Source of the DNA: Roseibacillus sp.
GTDB taxonomy: Bacteria; Verrucomicrobiota; Verrucomicrobiia; Verrucomicrobiales; Akkermansiaceae
Reading direction: 5' to 3'
Assembly: GCA_051251855.1 (NCBI GenBank)
Contig: JBPOGI010000005.1
Span: 64,001 to 128,000, forward strand
Length of the DNA: 64,000 nucleotides
Each line of letters begins with the position of its first letter. The stretch's first letter is position 1. The notes below the pieces were generated by a model, which was given only the letters and a program-made list of their open reading frames with translations, did no database searches and had not been told where the DNA came from. Made by a program: the position numbers and the translations under genes. This document shows positions 60,248 to 64,000 of the stretch, in pieces.

Positions 60248-61462
60248 CTACGGGGTTTGGAAATCTCGAATCGTGGAAAGCTGATTCTTGAGAGGAGAGA
60301 GGGCGCCCCTTGGTTTGCGGGCGCCGGTGGTTCGTTTGGGTCCGAAGCGATGTTTGGATTTGTGGAAGAAGGAATCGACGAAGTCTTTGCTTCCAATGAC
60401 CACTCCATCCGAGAAGTAGCGAATGCGATGCTGAATGACCTTCGAGATAGCCAAGTCGCTTTTGTTTTGCTCGCCCTTGTTGTTGTTCCGAGAGAGCGCT
60501 GCGAGTTCGCTCTCCGCTTTCTCCTTGGACATGCCCTTCTTCACCACCTTGGCATTGAGGACGACCTCTTGCCCCGCTCGCAGAAGCAGCTTGCGATACT
60601 CCTTCCCAATCCCTCCTTGAGCCCAGGCCCGTGCCGCACTCTTAACTTTAATATTGGAAGTTGAATATTCTGCGTTGGACGTTCCCGCTCCCAAAGCTCT
60701 CACCAACCCCGCGCGTGCCTTCTTCCCACCACCCATTGCCTCGCCATAGCTCGACCAACGATACACAGCCGGATCCTCCACAATACCGGCTCGCACCGGA
60801 TTCAAATCGATATAAGCGGCCACTGTGCGAGAAGCGGTGCCATCCTCCACAATCACACTCTTGAACCGTTCTTCCCAAAGCCGCCCCGAGCGATCCTGAC
60901 TGCGATTGAACCAGCGCGTGAACCGCTGCAGAAGGTTTTTCATGAACTGGCTCAAATCGTTCATGCGATAAGTGTAACGTTCAAAAATACGCGAGACCTC
61001 CGCCCAATGCTTTGCTTCCCGAGCACGCAAGAGTTTCTTCTCAATCTCACCAATCGCCGCATCAGAATAGAGCCCCTTCAGCCGGTGGAAAAATTCCTTC
61101 TCCTCCAAAACAATCCCCACCTCCGGCAAGTCAGCAGGGGACACCCCTGGACCCAGCTCCTTCGCGCGTTCCTCCTGAGCCCGCAAAGCCGAACTCAACT
61201 CCACCTCACGCCCATCCCTCAACCGCACCGCCCGAATCATCGGAGCCACCTCCAGGAGAATATGAAAGTGATTCGACATCACACAATAGGACAACACCTG
61301 ACACCCCGAAAAGTTCTCCACCATACGCATGAACATGCGAAACTTCTCCTTCTCTTCATCACCAAAAGCAAAGCGCCGATCAACCACGCGATTGATCACA
61401 TGATAAATCGCCGGGGAATGAGGGTCATCCTTCCAAGGAGCCAGCCACCGTGGTTGAGCCAT
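60248..61462 (-). CDS. HUH/Y1 (IS200/RAYT-like) tyrosine transposase, copy 2
   Basis: Same motifs as copy 1; intact ORF with many synonymous differences. Confidence 0.9.
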   Translation of the reverse strand: MAQPRWLAPWKDDPHSPAIYHVINRVVDRRFAFGDEEKEKFRMFMRMVENFSGCQVLSYCVMSNHFHILLEVAPMIRAVRLRDGREVELSSALRAQEERAKELGPGVSPADLPEVGIVLEEKEFFHRLKGLYSDAAIGEIEKKLLRAREAKHWAEVSRIFERYTYRMNDLSQFMKNLLQRFTRWFNRSQDRSGRLWEERFKSVIVEDGTASRTVAAYIDLNPVRAGIVEDPAVYRWSSYGEAMGGGKKARAGLVRALGAGTSNAEYSTSNIKVKSAARAWAQGGIGKEYRKLLLRAGQEVVLNAKVVKKGMSKEKAESELAALSRNNNKGEQNKSDLAISKVIQHRIRYFSDGVVIGSKDFVDSFFHKSKHRFGPKRTTGARKPRGALSPLKNQLSTIRDFQTP

Positions 61463-61505
61463 GAGGGGAGCTTGAGATGGGGGAATCGCCGTGACAAGAG
61501 CTTTC

Positions 61506-61543
61506 TCAATAATTTGTCTGTCCAACTACGACGCAACTACGAC
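61506..61543 (-). repeat. End-motif stutter cluster 3 (two cores)
   Basis: TCAATAATTTGTCTGTCCAACTACGAC followed by GCAACTACGAC. Confidence 0.95.
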
Positions 61544-61544
61544 G

Positions 61545-61718
61545 TCCCCAAAAGCAAAGCGTCGATCGACCACACGATTGATCACATGATAAATCGCCGG
61601 GGATTGAGGGTCATCCTTCCAAGGAGCCAGCCACCGTGGTTGAGCCATGAGAGGAGCTTGAGATGGGGGAATCGCCGTGACAAGAGCTTTCTCAATAATT
61701 TGTCTGTCCAACTACGAC
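61545..61718 (-). pseudogene. 3'-truncated element copy (end motif, promoter and first ~34 codons)
   Basis: Reads MAQPRW...RRFAFGD, then runs directly into the next GTCGTAGTTG unit. Confidence 0.9.
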
Positions 61719-61743
61719 AGTCCAACTACGACACAACTACGAC
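61692..61743 (-). repeat. End-motif stutter cluster 4 (three cores)
   Basis: 27-mer followed by AGTCCAACTACGAC and ACAACTACGAC. Confidence 0.95.
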
Positions 61744-61759
61744 ATTGAGGTTTCACGCC

Positions 61760-61787
61760 TCACCGGGAGCTGAAAAGCTCCCGGTGA
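61760..61787. repeat. Perfect 12-bp REP-like hairpin
   Basis: TCACCGGGAGCT-GAAA-AGCTCCCGGTGA; no adjacent T-tract on either strand. Confidence 0.7.
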
Positions 61788-61857
61788 CATGTGTGGCTTG
61801 GGCTTAGAAAGCTCAAGATTCCTTTACACGGATGGCGCCAAAGCTAACGATGCCGAC

Positions 61858-62664
61858 GTGATTTCAAAATTTTTTCTATTCTTCGTTATCCATTCATGCC
61901 TTTGGGCAGACGAAATTAGCCATCCTAAGGATGAGGAGGATTCAGAGAAGACCGTCCTTCATCTGAACGAAATTCTAGACACAGAGATGAAATCTGCTGT
62001 TGTCACCGCTTTCACCGACCTCACCATGGAAGGCGTAATTGAATGGGCTCAAAATCGAATTGAGGTGCTTGAAAAATCTCTTCCAACTTTTGAAAAAGGA
62101 GATGAGCGAATAGAACATTCCGAAAGGATGTTACATCAGTTTAAGATGATGAAAATTGAGGCTGAAAAAATTATAGCGGCAGACCATCTTAGTGATATTG
62201 GTTTTTCAAAAAGGGATATTTCTCTTATTCAAAAATACTTCCCTACTAACGGAGTCCTTATGGCAGCGGCCTACGGAGAAAAACCCGAAGGATTTGATAA
62301 ATCCTTTGCTCGAATCGTAAAATACGATGAACGAAGAACTTCTGAAGGCGAGGAAGGGTTTGAAAAAGGGGAAAAAATGTTCAGTAAAACATTATCTATT
62401 GCTCACAACACCCTAAATCCTGATAACAAACTAGAGCCCGGAACCCCTGAATACGAGGCCTATGAAAAAGCTATTGCAGACTACAATGAAAAACTAGAAG
62501 CCTCTATTGCAGCCTCAAAAGCAAAGCAAGCAGAGCTAATTGCGGAACAAAAAGAACTAATTGCGGAACGAGAAGCCTCTGAAAAAAGAACAGAAGCTAT
62601 GATTGCTTCGATTATAGCTTCGGTAAACCCAAACGAAAACTCTGGAAAAAAAACGAAGAAATAA
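61858..62664 (+). CDS. AT-rich hypothetical, probably secreted, charged/coiled-coil protein
   Basis: Long ORF; probable GTG start at 61858 gives a signal-peptide-like N-terminus; visibly A/T-rich codons. Confidence 0.65.
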   Translation: MISKFFLFFVIHSCLWADEISHPKDEEDSEKTVLHLNEILDTEMKSAVVTAFTDLTMEGVIEWAQNRIEVLEKSLPTFEKGDERIEHSERMLHQFKMMKIEAEKIIAADHLSDIGFSKRDISLIQKYFPTNGVLMAAAYGEKPEGFDKSFARIVKYDERRTSEGEEGFEKGEKMFSKTLSIAHNTLNPDNKLEPGTPEYEAYEKAIADYNEKLEASIAASKAKQAELIAEQKELIAEREASEKRTEAMIASIIASVNPNENSGKKTKK

Positions 62665-63009
62665 CAATGGGAGAGTTACCCTTCTTCTTTCGCGAACGCG
62701 GATATATCGATGACGAATCTGTGATTCCCGCCGTTGGGTTGCACTTCATCAAAAGCTGTCGCTGCCATCGTCGGTGACTGCGTCTTGGGGAAACCCAAGA
62801 CGGTTCACCGACTTCCTCATAAGGTTGTATTTCGTCAACGCATTTTCAGCGCACCAGGACGGAGCAAGTTTGCTTTTCGCCGGAAGTCCCATTGATCTTT
62901 TCTTCGTTCCGAAGAAAATTCTCTCGGGACGCAAAAAGCGTAAGCGTCTGAAACACGGCCTTTGTCTCGGAATTGTTTCGCCGTCTATTTTTGGTTCTGC
63001 TTGGCCGCT

Positions 63010-63234
63010 ATGCCAAAAAGCAAACGATCCAAACCATGGCCAGTGCAAGACGTCCGCTACGTCGAAGTTGCCTTGACCGAACTTACTACCCGCCATCTTC
63101 ATGTCGAATTCGACCACGGCATCCGCATCGTGGTTGCCAATGAGGACCAGCTTCCGCTCGCTGCCCGACTCATTGAGCAGCTCCGTCAAGAGGTTCGTTC
63201 GAATAGTACTGCGGCGAAGGGAGGTCTCTCATGA
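63010..63234 (+). CDS. IS66 accessory TnpA-like ORF (74 aa)
   Basis: Lies between the IS66-like end and tnpB; VEV...L.VEF..GIRI...L..LI pattern. Confidence 0.6.
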   Translation: MPKSKRSKPWPVQDVRYVEVALTELTTRHLHVEFDHGIRIVVANEDQLPLAARLIEQLRQEVRSNSTAAKGGLS

Positions 63235-63353
63235 TGGGACTCACCAACAACCTGCGCATCTTCCTCGTGATTGAAGCCTGCGACATGCGTAAGTCCTTCA
63301 ACGGGCTCGCTGCTATCGCCGAAGAGCTCAAGCCTGACGACCTCAAAAGCGGC
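63231..63353 (+). pseudogene. tnpB: Truncated IS66 TnpB accessory gene
   Basis: RIFL...CDMRKSFNGLAA....DDLKSG, then replaced by the repeat mini-element. Confidence 0.8.
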
Positions 63354-63360
63354 GTTAATG

Positions 63361-63495
63361 AGAAGGGACAGACATCTTTCAGGCCGCTTCTTGAAAGGGG
63401 ACAGACACCTTTCAGACCTTCAATAATTTGTCTGTCCAACTACGACGGTCCAACTACGACGGTCCAACTACGACGATGGTCCAACTACGACGATG
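63361..63495. mobile_element. Transposase-free mini-element: two GGACAGACA-loop motifs plus end-motif stutter cluster 5
   Basis: GGACAGACA at 63366-74 and 63399-407 (+), inverted at 63429-37, followed by 14-, 14- and 17-nt stutter units. Confidence 0.75.
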
Positions 63496-63511
63496 AGTTG
63501 TTTGCTTCGGC

Positions 63512-63931
63512 TCAGACCTTCTGCCGGTTGGCCAGGGCGATGAATTCGTAGGTGCCGTGGACTTCGACTGGGTGGGAGAGGTTGAGATGGGGGAGGAAGT
63601 CTGGGGAGGTATAGAAATCTTTGAGGGTCCAGCCTTCGCGGCCTAAGACGATGTAGGCTTTGTCGTATATGGGGTGGGACAGGCGAAGCGCTTCGGAGAG
63701 GCAGATGGTCTCGAAGGGGATTTTTTGTTCGGCTGTGCCACTGACTTGCTGCCACTTGAGGGAGATGAGAATGGAGTGCTCGTCACGGGTCGCGATCATG
63801 TCGACCATGTGTTTGCCGCCGTTGGGGCGGGTGCCGACTTGGGTTTGTTCCTGGATTTGGTAGCCACCGGCTTCGAGGGCGGCGCGGACCATTTGCTCGT
63901 GGACGTAGCCTGTTGAGGTGTCGCGGGGCAT
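63512..63931 (-). CDS. PD-(D/E)XK nuclease superfamily protein (restriction endonuclease-like)
   Basis: E...VD...ISLKWQQVSGTAEQKIPFE motif; follows a probable adenine methylase by 4 nt. Confidence 0.7.
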   Translation of the reverse strand: MPRDTSTGYVHEQMVRAALEAGGYQIQEQTQVGTRPNGGKHMVDMIATRDEHSILISLKWQQVSGTAEQKIPFETICLSEALRLSHPIYDKAYIVLGREGWTLKDFYTSPDFLPHLNLSHPVEVHGTYEFIALANRQKV

Positions 63932-63935
63932 TCGG

Positions 63936-64000
63936 TTAGAGGTTGAGGGTGGCGAGGACTTCTTTGGCGGGGGTGCGGTCGCCGGTACAGGAGATGCGGC
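63936..64000 (-). CDS. 3' end of a probable Dam-like DNA adenine methylase (partial)
   Basis: Only the C-terminus RISCTGDRTPAKEVLATLNL* is visible; resembles the RxISC..R....E.L tail of Dam/D12-class methylases. Confidence 0.5.
   Translation of the reverse strand, partial: RISCTGDRTPAKEVLATLNL

Larger units (their letters stand above)
62940..63353 (+). mobile_element. IS66-family remnant (left end, tnpA-like ORF, truncated tnpB)
   Basis: GTAAGCGTC terminus at 62940; short ORF coupled by ATGA to a TnpB N-terminus (DMRKSFNGL). Confidence 0.8.

Noticed and set aside
60141..63495. CAACTACGAC clusters as a CRISPR array
   Set aside because: Units abut each other with no unique spacers, vary in length, are prefixes of the transposase end, and no cas genes are present.
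54779..63495. Integron cassette array
   Set aside because: No tyrosine-recombinase integrase and no attC-like RYYYAAC...GTTRRRY sites recognised.
63231..63551. Full-length 106-aa IS66 TnpB
   Set aside because: Only the first ~41 codons are TnpB-like; the rest is read-through across repeats.

Overview
Bacterial chromosome segment, inferred to be Verrucomicrobiota from a Verru_Chthon-type pilin-like gene, PEP-CTERM and PSCyt1-type proteins, and an ECF/Ser-Thr kinase pair. 1-17 kb: EEP phosphoesterase, pilin-like gene pair, MoxR-DUF58-VWA-VWA operon plus a second AAA ATPase, 3D-domain protein, nth, GNAT, two small lipoproteins missing from the ORF track and a ~288-bp MITE-like element. 17-45 kb: large secreted multidomain proteins (two paralogous Calx-beta/sialate O-acetylesterase proteins, one with a 345-bp tandem expansion; PhoD-like; CotH/lamin-tail; autotransporter-repeat) sharing a C-terminal module, plus cls and an STK-ECF pair. 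46-64 kb: accessory region with a formyltransferase, KefB/C antiporter, lactonase plus expanded Zn-dehydrogenase, cytochrome c, Dps, an IS66 remnant and a probable Dam-like methylase/PD-(D/E)XK pair. The most striking structure (54.8-63.5 kb) is a locus of HUH/Y1 (RAYT-like) transposase genes. Its upstream end (minus strand GTCGTAGTTGGACAGACAAATTATTGA) recurs in five clusters as head-to-tail copies with a near-fixed 5' start and variable 3' truncation (11 nt to ~1.45 kb). Both element ends can fold into hairpins with the same 9-nt loop GGACAGACA on different stems. All functional calls are from motif recognition by eye; no database searches were run.
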